Positions 20,176-29,006 of a stretch of DNA of 64,000 nucleotides are shown in pieces. Numbering within the stretch: position 1 is the stretch's first letter; each line of letters opens with the position of its first letter. Where the stretch lies: positions 5,769 to 69,768 of the forward strand of contig CALMJI010000014.1 of the NCBI GenBank assembly GCA_937864235.1. Reading direction: 5' to 3'. Origin of the DNA: an uncultured bacterium (GTDB taxonomy: Bacteria > Patescibacteriota > Minisyncoccia > SW-4-49-11). The translations under genes and the position numbers were made by a program. Below the pieces are notes generated by a model. The model made no database searches, was not told the DNA's origin, and worked only from the letters and a program-made list of their open reading frames with translations.

Positions 20176-20440
20176 TGGGGAGGGTGGATGTATTTTTGTA
20201 ATTTAAGATTTTGCTCTGTAATTTAATAGGGGCGACTTTTCAGTCGCCCCTATTGTCCTCCTCCGTCACCTACGGTGACACCTCCCCCAAGGGAGGGAAA
20301 AAACTGTCCCTCGCCGGCGAGGGGGGACCGCGTAGAGGTGGGTGTGGACAGTCGACTTACAGGTCGCCCCTACGAATACATAAAACAATGGAGGGATAAA
20401 CCCCATCACAAATAAAGTATGTGATGACCTCAAACCCTCC
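20176..20440. repeat. GC-rich modular hairpin repeat, copy R3 (in the ychF / rpsF divergent region)
   Basis: Modules ggggcgacttttcagtcgcccc, gtcctcctccgtcacctacggtgacacctcc, gtccctcgccggcgaggg and ggtcgcccctacgaa. Confidence 0.6.
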
Positions 20441-20499
20441 GCTACGATATTTCATAATTTACCATTCATAATTTATAATTGATGATTTTATACATACCC

Positions 20500-20528
20500 T
20501 TGCTAAAAGCTTTATTTTATGCTATAAT
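20500..20528 (+). promoter_or_regulatory. Sigma-70-like promoter upstream of the rpsF operon
   Basis: TTGCTA, a 17-nt spacer, then TATAAT. Confidence 0.4.
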
Positions 20529-20609
20529 GTATTTAATCTTTCGCCAGTTCTTTATTGATTACTTCACCTAAATCTGAGTATCTACAGATTTAATGCCCAT
20601 TTATTATTA

Positions 20610-21029
20610 TTGTACAGAATAATGTTATACGAAATCACCTATATCCTAAAACCAGAGTTAACTAATGAAGAACAAGCTGCAGTTAACTCAAAAGTGGCTG
20701 GTTTAATCCAGTCATTAGAAGGAACTGCTAATCCTGCTGAGAGAACTTTTTCAGTAGAAAGAGGTGGGACTGATGAGAATAATCTTCGTAAATTTGCTTA
20801 TCCTATTAAGCATTATAGACAAGGTTATTATTACACTTCTACCTTCGAATTAGCTCCGGCTAAATTAAAAGAACTTGAGTCTATTCTGCAAAGAGAAGCT
20901 GATATTCTAAGGTTTTTGATAGTCAAAGACTTTATTAATCTAAGTGAAATACCTGTAGAATCTAAACCTGAAGAGTCAGAGCCTACCAAGTCAGAGGAAA
21001 AACCAGCTAAGTCTAGTAAAAAAGATTAA
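20610..21029 (+). CDS. rpsF: 30S ribosomal protein S6
   Basis: N-terminal 'YEITYILKP' S6 fold with a charged C-terminal tail; gene order rpsF-ssb-rpsR. Confidence 0.65.
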   Translation: MYRIMLYEITYILKPELTNEEQAAVNSKVAGLIQSLEGTANPAERTFSVERGGTDENNLRKFAYPIKHYRQGYYYTSTFELAPAKLKELESILQREADILRFLIVKDFINLSEIPVESKPEESEPTKSEEKPAKSSKKD

Positions 21030-21047
21030 TCAATAACACCAAACTAT

Positions 21048-21527
21048 ATGTATCTTAACAAAGTCTATCTTATCGGTAATCTTACCCAAGACCCAGAATT
21101 CAAGGCTCTACCTAGCGGCTCATCTGTAGCTAGTTTTAGCCTAGCCACTAATAGAACTTGGACTGATAAACAAGGTCAAAGACAAGAAACCGCTGAGTAT
21201 CACAATATTGTAGCTTATGGTAAACAAGCCGAAACTATTAGCCAATATTTGAGAAAAGGGTCTCTTCTATTCGTAGAGGGTAGATTACAAACCAGATCTT
21301 GGGAAGCTCAAGACGGTCAGAAAAAATATAGAACTGAGATTATTGTAGATACATTTCAATTTGGACCAAAAGGCTCAGGTACAGGTAGTGTAGCTAGTCA
21401 ACCTAGACCAGCAGCTAGTACTCCAAACTCTAGTCCTAAATCTACTCCATCTAGTATGCCTCAGGAGGAATTACCAACTGTCAATCTAGATGAAGACGAG
21501 ATTGATTTAGAAGAAATCCCATTTTAA
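21048..21527 (+). CDS. ssb: Single-stranded DNA-binding protein
   Basis: OB-fold 'VYLIGNLTQDPEFK', low-complexity linker, acidic C-terminal 'DLEEIPF' tip. Confidence 0.8.
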   Translation: MYLNKVYLIGNLTQDPEFKALPSGSSVASFSLATNRTWTDKQGQRQETAEYHNIVAYGKQAETISQYLRKGSLLFVEGRLQTRSWEAQDGQKKYRTEIIVDTFQFGPKGSGTGSVASQPRPAASTPNSSPKSTPSSMPQEELPTVNLDEDEIDLEEIPF

Positions 21528-21545
21528 TTAGTTAATTATATATTT

Positions 21546-21767
21546 ATGCGAAATAATAAGAAGAAAGCTCCTAAAGTCTGCTACTTCAGCACAAATAATG
21601 TAGCTATAGACTATAAAGATGCTATCACCTTAAAGATGTTCATCACTCCACAGGCTAAAATAGTACCATCCCGAAGAACTGGAACTCGAGCTAATCACCA
21701 GAGAAATCTATCTAAAGCTATGAAAAGAGCTAGATTTCTATCTATTATTCCTTATGTAACTAGATAA
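21546..21767 (+). CDS. rpsR: 30S ribosomal protein S18
   Basis: '[23 protein letters not shown]...[29 protein letters not shown]'. Confidence 0.8.
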   Translation: MRNNKKKAPKVCYFSTNNVAIDYKDAITLKMFITPQAKIVPSRRTGTRANHQRNLSKAMKRARFLSIIPYVTR

Positions 21768-21771
21768 ATAT

Positions 21772-22041
21772 ATGCCTATTACACAATCTGCTATCAAAGC
21801 CCACAGACAATCTCTCAAGAAAAATGCTGAGAATAATATTGTCAAAAAGAGACTCAAAGCTACTGTCAAAGAATTTGTAGGTTACCTATCTACTGACATT
21901 GAGAAAGCTAAAGAGTTAATCCCTAGACTATACAAAGCTATTGATAAAACCGCCAAAAGAGGAATCTTGAAAAAGAACTCTGCTGGCCGTAAGAAATCTC
22001 GTCTAATGGCTAAGTTAAATCAAGCTGTAGCTGGGAAATAG
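21772..22041 (+). CDS. rpsT: 30S ribosomal protein S20
   Basis: 'SAIKAHRQSLKKNAENNIVKKRLKATVKEF' typical S20 helical protein. It occupies the position where rplI (L9) usually follows rpsR. Confidence 0.65.
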   Translation: MPITQSAIKAHRQSLKKNAENNIVKKRLKATVKEFVGYLSTDIEKAKELIPRLYKAIDKTAKRGILKKNSAGRKKSRLMAKLNQAVAGK

Positions 22042-22101
22042 AGATATTCTGCAACCCTGTATTGGCCAAGACACCTCCAGATTTGTGGGAGGTTTTTTGG
22101 T

Positions 22102-23124
22102 TTATGGTAATAATATCCCCAACTCTCTCAATTTATCATAAGGGCTTTGACCTTGGAATTTGATGGCAGAGTCGCCGTCGATGAGGTTTAGATATATTTT
22201 TTTGAGGTCTTGAGAGTTCCAAGTGCGGATATTTTGAGCAGTGATTTGGAGTACATAGGGATGTCCTTTGGTATAATTTGAATATTGTAATCCCTTTTCT
22301 TGAGCTAATTTTATAATTAAAGCATTTTTTATTTGGCTAATTATTAAACCATAAAGGGCAATACCTTCTATACCACTTTTTTCTATATATTTAAGAGCTG
22401 TTAAGTATTTTCCATAATTATGGCTATAAATATACTCTGTAAGAGAGAATATACTATATGTATCTAAATTTGGAAAAATCAACTCTAGCATTGATTTACT
22501 TATATTATGCTTCTCCCCATAATAATTATATATTTGGTTAAACATAGATTCTATTTTATAAAAATCTATTCTAAATGGTGATTTTTTGGCTTTATTAGTT
22601 TCTTTTTCTTGAGTTTGTTTATGCTCTTGTTTTTGTAAGTCTATTAAATACATTATTCCCTCTCTATTTATATCCAAACCTTGCTCTAAACTCATTTGTT
22701 GTATATAGACTATAGCTTTAGGTTCTGGCAAGTAATCATACTGAGTTTGTTTGGCTTGTAAATCGATTAAAGTTTTAGCTAATGGGTGAGTTTTAGGTAT
22801 ATTATTGGTATTATAAAATACAATTATAATTTCACTATTATCTTTGAGAGTCTGTAATGTTTTTTTAACTTTTGGATATAATGCTTTAGGTAGAAGTACT
22901 AAATCTTTAATAATAATTAGTCTTTTTTCGCTGAATAATGAGCTAGTGTTGAAGCTTTGTTTTAATTTGGCTAATAAAGTATCTTCTGTATCTGGTAATT
23001 CTATATCTTCAAAGTGAAATATCTCTTGTTTAGCTTGTTTTTGTAAGCCAAGTTGTTGAATGGATTTTAACTTTTGACGAGAGCGATAAGTATCTGGTCC
23101 TGCAATTGATATAATCATATTCAC
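22102..23124 (-). CDS. holA: DNA polymerase III subunit delta (HolA)-like
   Basis: N-terminus 'MIISIAGPDTYRSRQKL' is typical of small-genome HolA; 340 aa. Confidence 0.45.
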   Translation of the reverse strand: MNMIISIAGPDTYRSRQKLKSIQQLGLQKQAKQEIFHFEDIELPDTEDTLLAKLKQSFNTSSLFSEKRLIIIKDLVLLPKALYPKVKKTLQTLKDNSEIIIVFYNTNNIPKTHPLAKTLIDLQAKQTQYDYLPEPKAIVYIQQMSLEQGLDINREGIMYLIDLQKQEHKQTQEKETNKAKKSPFRIDFYKIESMFNQIYNYYGEKHNISKSMLELIFPNLDTYSIFSLTEYIYSHNYGKYLTALKYIEKSGIEGIALYGLIISQIKNALIIKLAQEKGLQYSNYTKGHPYVLQITAQNIRTWNSQDLKKIYLNLIDGDSAIKFQGQSPYDKLRELGILLP

Positions 23125-23147
23125 TTATCTATCGTGAAAAATTCTTT

Positions 23148-24287
23148 TTAATTTAACTCCCATTTTAGATTTTGTCCTGGTTCTATTACTTGAATAAATG
23201 TCTGCCCCGGTACCAATAAAATCTCTTTCCCATCTTCTCCATAAAATCTCAAAGTATCTTTGAATCCTTCTTTTTTCCAAGTGATATTTTTCTCTTGTCC
23301 ATTATGATAAATTTTACCTTCTCCTTTACCATAAATTGTAACTTCATTATACTGTCCTTCAATTTGTCTTGATGAAGCTCTCATTACTACTATATTTTTG
23401 GCCTTAATTTCAGCATCATTATTACCTCTATCTACATCTTTTTGTCCTGCCCAATATCTAGTATAGGTATTATCTTCCTTATTATACTCCCAACTGGTGG
23501 CAAATACTCCTGCAAAACCTACATATAATTTACCCTCTTTAGCATCTTTTTTCTCAGCTTCAATAGTTTTTTGGCTTTTGAATTTATACCCATCTAGATT
23601 AGTTTCTAAAGTATATTCTCTTTTCTTTGCCAAATCAATAACTTTTGGTAATGATACAAAACCATTATGTGGGGCTGGGACTGTACTTTTTCTAAAGAAT
23701 TGACCACTTGATGAAATAGCATCAATATCTGGCACTTTACCTAAATCCTCACCAGTATATCTTTTTCCTGTTTTAAGCTCATCTAGAGCGAAGTGAGACC
23801 CTCCCCAGTGCACATAAATTGCATCCCAACCTCTTACTAAACTAATATAATCGTGTCTAGCACTACGAATTGAACCAACTTCATCTGGAAGGTTACAAAC
23901 ATAAACTCCCATCAATCTAGTAACACTTCCAGTAATAACAGGCATTTCTACTACTATTTCTGCTTGGCTCAAACCTGATAGAGGTCTTGCTACGGCATCT
24001 CCTGCCATCATTACCGCTATTGGTCTTTGTTTATAGTTATCACATTGAACTCCTGTCAATGGACTAGCATTGGTTAGTTTCTCCTCACTAGGCTCTAGCA
24101 TTCCTTCGGCTTCATCAGTTTCTTTTTTGTCTTCTTTAGTCTCTTTATTTGTGTCTGTATTATTACCAACTCCACTAAAAGCATATACTCCCACTCCTAT
24201 AATTCCAATAATAAGAAATAATGAAAATATTACTATATATTTTTCTTTTTTAGTTAAGGTAGACCATCTTTTTAGAAATGTTTTCAT
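23148..24287 (-). CDS. DUF3048-like secreted or lipoprotein
   Basis: N-terminal TM or signal segment, then 'RPIAVMMAGDAVARPLSGLSQAEIVVEMPV' resembling the DUF3048 (YerB-like) core. Confidence 0.4.
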   Translation of the reverse strand: MKTFLKRWSTLTKKEKYIVIFSLFLIIGIIGVGVYAFSGVGNNTDTNKETKEDKKETDEAEGMLEPSEEKLTNASPLTGVQCDNYKQRPIAVMMAGDAVARPLSGLSQAEIVVEMPVITGSVTRLMGVYVCNLPDEVGSIRSARHDYISLVRGWDAIYVHWGGSHFALDELKTGKRYTGEDLGKVPDIDAISSSGQFFRKSTVPAPHNGFVSLPKVIDLAKKREYTLETNLDGYKFKSQKTIEAEKKDAKEGKLYVGFAGVFATSWEYNKEDNTYTRYWAGQKDVDRGNNDAEIKAKNIVVMRASSRQIEGQYNEVTIYGKGEGKIYHNGQEKNITWKKEGFKDTLRFYGEDGKEILLVPGQTFIQVIEPGQNLKWELN

Positions 24288-24292
24288 ATAAT

Positions 24293-24727
24293 TTAAGTTA
24301 ACTTATTAATTTTAGCTACTATTTCAGTAGGAGAATAATGTGATTTGACTATATAGTCGACTGCTCCGAGTTTGAGGCATTCTGTAATTTTATCTTGCTC
24401 GCTAAGATTACTCATTACTATAATTTTGGGTTGATAATTAGCAGATTTTTTGGCATTAAATTCAGATAAAATTTCTAGTCCAGTTTTATTTGGGACCATT
24501 AAATCTAGTAGAACAATATTATAGTTCTCTGTTAATAGTTTCTGAATACCGTCCTCTCCATCTGAGGATTCTGTAACTTTATATTTAACCTCTCTTAGCT
24601 TCATACTCACTAATTCTCTTACAAAAATATCATCTTCTATAATTAATAAGGTTTTTTTATTGTTTTCTAGCATAGTATATTGATTTATCATATGATTAAT
24701 TATAGGATATTTTATAGTTTTTAGCAA
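24293..24727 (-). CDS. Stand-alone response regulator receiver domain protein
   Basis: 'LLIIEDD...VLLDLMVPNKTGLEIL' and a conserved Lys region; no output domain. The true start is probably the internal Met 'MLENNKK'. Confidence 0.6.
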   Translation of the reverse strand: MLKTIKYPIINHMINQYTMLENNKKTLLIIEDDIFVRELVSMKLREVKYKVTESSDGEDGIQKLLTENYNIVLLDLMVPNKTGLEILSEFNAKKSANYQPKIIVMSNLSEQDKITECLKLGAVDYIVKSHYSPTEIVAKINKLT

Positions 24728-24795
24728 ACTTAAATATCTTTAATTTATAATATTTTGAATTGTAATACTGTGATTTAATGTTATAATAATAGGAT

Positions 24796-26829
24796 ATGAA
24801 GTTCAAAATCTCTTCTCACTATCAGCCCAAAGGAGACCAACCACAAGCTATCGCTAAACTAAGTGACGGCTTATCTCAAGGTAAACAACATCAAACCCTA
24901 CTAGGAGTAACTGGTTCTGGAAAAACGTTCACTATGGCTCATTTGATTGAAAAATATCAAAAGCCAACTCTTATTATATCACACAACAAAACTCTAGCAG
25001 CTCAATTATATCAAGAATTTAGAGACTTTTTTCCTGAGAATAATGTACATTATTTTGTATCTTATTACGATTATTATCAGCCAGAGAGTTATTTGCCTTC
25101 TTCGGACACTTATATTGAGAAAGAGTCTATGACTAATGCTCAAGTGGAGAGACTTAGGCATGCAGCGACCCAAAGCCTTCTGTCTAATCCCGACACTATT
25201 ATTATCTCGTCGGTGTCTTGTATTTATGGTATTGGGTCTCCTGAGGATTATGGAAATTTATCTTTAATTATAGAAGTTGGACAAAAGATTCAGAGGGATG
25301 ATTTTATTCGGAGTCTGATTGCAATTCAATATAGTCGTAATGACATAGATTTTAAACCTGGATGTTTTAGAATCAAGGGCGATGTGGTAGAAATTCATGA
25401 ACCTGGAGAAAAAAGATTGATTAAAATTAGTTTTTGGGGTGATACTATTGAGAGTATTTCTTATAATGAATATCAGGATTCAATTTTGGAGCAATTGCCG
25501 GCCAAATATATCGATGATTATAGGATTTTTCCTGCTACTCACTGGATTTCTACAAGAAGCAAAGTAGATAATATGATTCCTTTGATCAGGGAAGAGATGG
25601 TGGATAGAGTGAAATTTTTCAAAAAATATAGCAAATTAGTAGAAGCTCAAAGAATTGAAGAGCGAGTTAATTATGACCTTGAAATGCTATCTGAAGTTGG
25701 GTTTACAAAAGGTATTGAGAATTATTCTAGATATTTGACTGGCCGAGCTCCGGGAGAGCCTCCTTATACTTTGATTGATTACTTTTTAGAGGCTGATGCT
25801 GATTTCTTAACTCTAGTAGATGAATCTCATATTACTTTACCTCAAATTCGTGGTATGCATAATGGTGATGCTGCACGCAAAAAGAATTTGATTGACTTTG
25901 GTTTTAGATTACCCTCAGCCGCTGATAATAGACCGCTAAAATTCTATGAATTTGAAGCTAAAATTCCTCATATTGTGTATGTCTCAGCAACTCCAGGAGA
26001 GTATGAGTTATCTAATTCTAGTGATGATAAAATTCATTCTATACCAGAATTACAAACTTTCAAAGAATTACCAGAGGGTATTGCTGAGCAAATTATTCGT
26101 CCAACTGGACTACTAGAACCAAGTATTGAAATTAGACCTGTCGACAATCAAATTCAAGATGTGATTGACGAGATTGGGAATATTATTCCAAAGGATGAGC
26201 GGGTGCTGATTCTGACTCTCACTAAGAGAATGGCGGAGGATATTGCAGATTTCTTGAAAGAGAAAAATATTAAAACTGAGTATTTGCACTCGGATATTGA
26301 TACTTTAGATAGGCCTGAGATTTTGACTAAGTTAAGGCAAGGAGAATTTGATGTTTTGGTTGGAATTAATTTATTACGAGAAGGTTTGGACTTGCCAGAG
26401 GTGTCTCTAGTAGCTATTTTGGATGCAGATAAAGAAGGATTCTTGAGAAATGAGACTTCACTTATTCAGACTATCGGTCGAGCCGCTAGACATAAAAATG
26501 GGAAGGTTATCTTGTATGCCAATAAAATAACCAGATCTATTGACCGTGCTATATCTGAAACAGACCGTAGACGAGCTATTCAGACAGCTTATAATAAGAA
26601 GAATAATATTGTGCCTGAGGGAATTAAGAAAGACATCAGATCAAGTATAGTTAAAGATAAGAAAAAAGAATTACAAGAGCAAAAAGTAGCTGCTCTAGAT
26701 ATCACTGAGAGAGAGTTTATGATAGAAGAATTAACCAAACAAATGAATCAAGCAGCTCAGGCTCTAGATTTTGAGCGAGCCAAAGATTTAAGGGATGAAA
26801 TTGCTTTGATTAAAAATTTAGACGAATAA
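24796..26829 (+). CDS. uvrB: Excinuclease ABC subunit B
   Basis: Walker A 'GVTGSGKTFTMA', helicase motifs, C-terminal UVR domain 'DFERAKDLRDEIALIKNL'; 677 aa. Confidence 0.9.
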   Translation: MKFKISSHYQPKGDQPQAIAKLSDGLSQGKQHQTLLGVTGSGKTFTMAHLIEKYQKPTLIISHNKTLAAQLYQEFRDFFPENNVHYFVSYYDYYQPESYLPSSDTYIEKESMTNAQVERLRHAATQSLLSNPDTIIISSVSCIYGIGSPEDYGNLSLIIEVGQKIQRDDFIRSLIAIQYSRNDIDFKPGCFRIKGDVVEIHEPGEKRLIKISFWGDTIESISYNEYQDSILEQLPAKYIDDYRIFPATHWISTRSKVDNMIPLIREEMVDRVKFFKKYSKLVEAQRIEERVNYDLEMLSEVGFTKGIENYSRYLTGRAPGEPPYTLIDYFLEADADFLTLVDESHITLPQIRGMHNGDAARKKNLIDFGFRLPSAADNRPLKFYEFEAKIPHIVYVSATPGEYELSNSSDDKIHSIPELQTFKELPEGIAEQIIRPTGLLEPSIEIRPVDNQIQDVIDEIGNIIPKDERVLILTLTKRMAEDIADFLKEKNIKTEYLHSDIDTLDRPEILTKLRQGEFDVLVGINLLREGLDLPEVSLVAILDADKEGFLRNETSLIQTIGRAARHKNGKVILYANKITRSIDRAISETDRRRAIQTAYNKKNNIVPEGIKKDIRSSIVKDKKKELQEQKVAALDITEREFMIEELTKQMNQAAQALDFERAKDLRDEIALIKNLDE

Positions 26830-27963
26830 ACTAATAGCTCCAAATGTAAACATTGTAATCATAATAATTCCAACCCATTTGAAATGCCCCAAACTATAGA
26901 CTGGAGGAATCTCTCCCTCAGATTTAGCCCTCCAAAATGTCAAAATTATCAGAATAGATATTATACTCACTCCTATTCCTCCTGCATATTGTATTATTGT
27001 ATCAAATTGAGCCCAATCAAATACTAGTAATGCCATTGGAGGAAAAGTTGTGAGAATAATAGCAATACTTCTCTTTAGCTTTCCAAAACTCATATATGAC
27101 TCTATCATTGATAGTCCCATAGTTATAAAAGTTGTGATAATAGCAAATAGAGCAAATATTGATATTGTTATAAGAGTTTCATAACCTAATTTATCGCCTA
27201 ATGAAAGAATAGATAGAGGATCAATTAATTTACCAGTAACGCCAATTATTAAAGTTATAAATAGACTATAAAGTAAAATTATCATTGTATTACTCAAAGT
27301 TATAGCTGACTGAATTTGAGCATAATTACTTTTAGAAAATATAGATTTTACTTGTGGAATAGCAATCACTCCAAAATATGAAAACAACACTATTCCATAA
27401 GGTTGTATTGTGTTCTCAAGACTAGAAAATGGTTCTAGTCTAAACTGATTCCAATCAACAGTATTAGTATAAAGTGCTTTCATCCACAAAGTCAAAATAA
27501 TTAATGCCATACCAGATACAAAAATAACTTCCCATTTACTTACAAATTTTAATCCTTTAATTATAAAATAAGTACTAATAGCAAAGAATACTACCGACCA
27601 ATTAAAAGAGGTAGCTGGTATCAAATTATTCATAATATCTCCAGCAGCTCTAAGATAAGCTGTAAGTGCTCCATAAATAATAATAAAAAGTGCTGTTATA
27701 GCTAATAAATAGCCTTTTCTGCCTAAATATAATTTGATAAGCTCCGGAATAGGTAGATTTTTTTTGGTTCTTAGTACAATTTCACCCAACATCAAATTAA
27801 GTATCATCGCCATAATACCAAAGATTGCTAAATACAAAGCTCCAACCCAATAGCCGGCATTATAAACTGCATAAGGTATAGCTAAAACTCCAGCTCCTAT
27901 AGTGGTACCGGTGAGAGTAGCTACTGCTTTTATAAATTGGTATTGTTTAGTTTTGGAGGACAT
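26818..27963 (-). CDS. Amino acid permease (HAAAP / Trp-Tyr permease-like)
   Basis: 381 aa, about 11 TM helices, N-terminal 'TLTGTTIGAGVLAIPYA' typical of aromatic amino acid transporters. Confidence 0.5.
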   Translation of the reverse strand: MSSKTKQYQFIKAVATLTGTTIGAGVLAIPYAVYNAGYWVGALYLAIFGIMAMILNLMLGEIVLRTKKNLPIPELIKLYLGRKGYLLAITALFIIIYGALTAYLRAAGDIMNNLIPATSFNWSVVFFAISTYFIIKGLKFVSKWEVIFVSGMALIILTLWMKALYTNTVDWNQFRLEPFSSLENTIQPYGIVLFSYFGVIAIPQVKSIFSKSNYAQIQSAITLSNTMIILLYSLFITLIIGVTGKLIDPLSILSLGDKLGYETLITISIFALFAIITTFITMGLSMIESYMSFGKLKRSIAIILTTFPPMALLVFDWAQFDTIIQYAGGIGVSIISILIILTFWRAKSEGEIPPVYSLGHFKWVGIIMITMFTFGAISLFV

Positions 27964-27997
27964 TATGTATTTATTATATATTTTATATTATAACAAA

Positions 27998-28666
27998 TTA
28001 TTCCAAATAAGCATAGACTGATATATTAGGGTGATTATATAAATATTCTAATGGCCAGTTTTTGACTCCGGTTAGGTTTTGTAGCTGATTCTGTAGTTGA
28101 GCATATTTGTCTTGCCCTTTGATTAGAATTATAATTTGCTCTGAGTTATAGATATATTCTGGACTCAAACTCAATCTATCTCTAGTGGGGTAATTAGCTG
28201 GAGCTTGAGTAATTATAGCTTTATCTAAGTTAGGGTTATCCCAATATTCTCCCCCGGCAAAAAGTGAGGCAAAATGCCCGTCTAATCCCATACCTAGTAT
28301 AGTAAGACCGAGTTTAGGTGGAAGTTGAGATTGTAGTTGAGATAATGTATTTTGAATTTGGTCTAAATATTCAAATCTAATAATCTGTCTAAAATCTACT
28401 CCCTCAAAACTCTTATATACATTTTGCCAATTAGATTCTGGACTAGATTTTGGGACATATCGCTCATCTACTTGGATTAAATCAATTTGTGAGAAGTTTA
28501 GAACTTGCTGAGCTAATTCCTGATAGATTACAAAAGGAGTAGTGCCCCCTGACACAGCTAAATTAGCCTCACCTTTGGCTTGAATTTGTTCATATAAATT
28601 ATTAGCTATTTCCTCCGTGCTAGCCTGAATCCAATCTGCTTCTTGAGTAAAGGTTTGTATATTCAT
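27998..28666 (-). CDS. pgl: 6-phosphogluconolactonase (NagB/Pgl family)
   Basis: 'LAVSGGTTP' and 'GMGLDGHFASLF' motifs. Confidence 0.6.
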   Translation of the reverse strand: MNIQTFTQEADWIQASTEEIANNLYEQIQAKGEANLAVSGGTTPFVIYQELAQQVLNFSQIDLIQVDERYVPKSSPESNWQNVYKSFEGVDFRQIIRFEYLDQIQNTLSQLQSQLPPKLGLTILGMGLDGHFASLFAGGEYWDNPNLDKAIITQAPANYPTRDRLSLSPEYIYNSEQIIILIKGQDKYAQLQNQLQNLTGVKNWPLEYLYNHPNISVYAYLE

Positions 28667-28704
28667 AGGGTATATATTAATTGTGAATTATGAATTGTTT
28701 TCCT

Positions 28705-28915
28705 AGTGGAGGTTTTTAGTCCATCCCATACCTTGTTTGGGATAGGATTTATCCCTCCAGTTTTTCGTAGGGGCGACCTTTCAGTCGCCTTAAATTCCCC
28801 TCGTTGAGGGGTGCCCGTAGGGCGGGGTGGAGTGTTTTGTTTTTCATATTTATTCCACCCCGTCAGGCAAGCCTGCCACCCCTCAATTTATCTCCCGTAG
28901 GGATGAGAGGGAAAT
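28705..28915. repeat. GC-rich modular hairpin repeat, copy R4 (pgl / dnaE divergent region)
   Basis: Modules ggggcgacctttcagtcgcc, cccctcgttgaggggtg and ccaccccgtcaggcaagcctgccacccctcaa. Confidence 0.6.
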
Positions 28916-29006
28916 TTTTAAGAAGATATCACATAATTCAATTCTCTACCCATTATTATACCACATTATAAATATGCTATAATATATAAAAGGAAATATT
29001 TATTAT

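Noticed and set aside
20211-20399. 62-aa ORF inside repeat R3
   Set aside because: It lies entirely within a GC-rich palindromic repeat, and the same applies to other short ORFs within repeats. Repeats of this kind generate open frames by composition.
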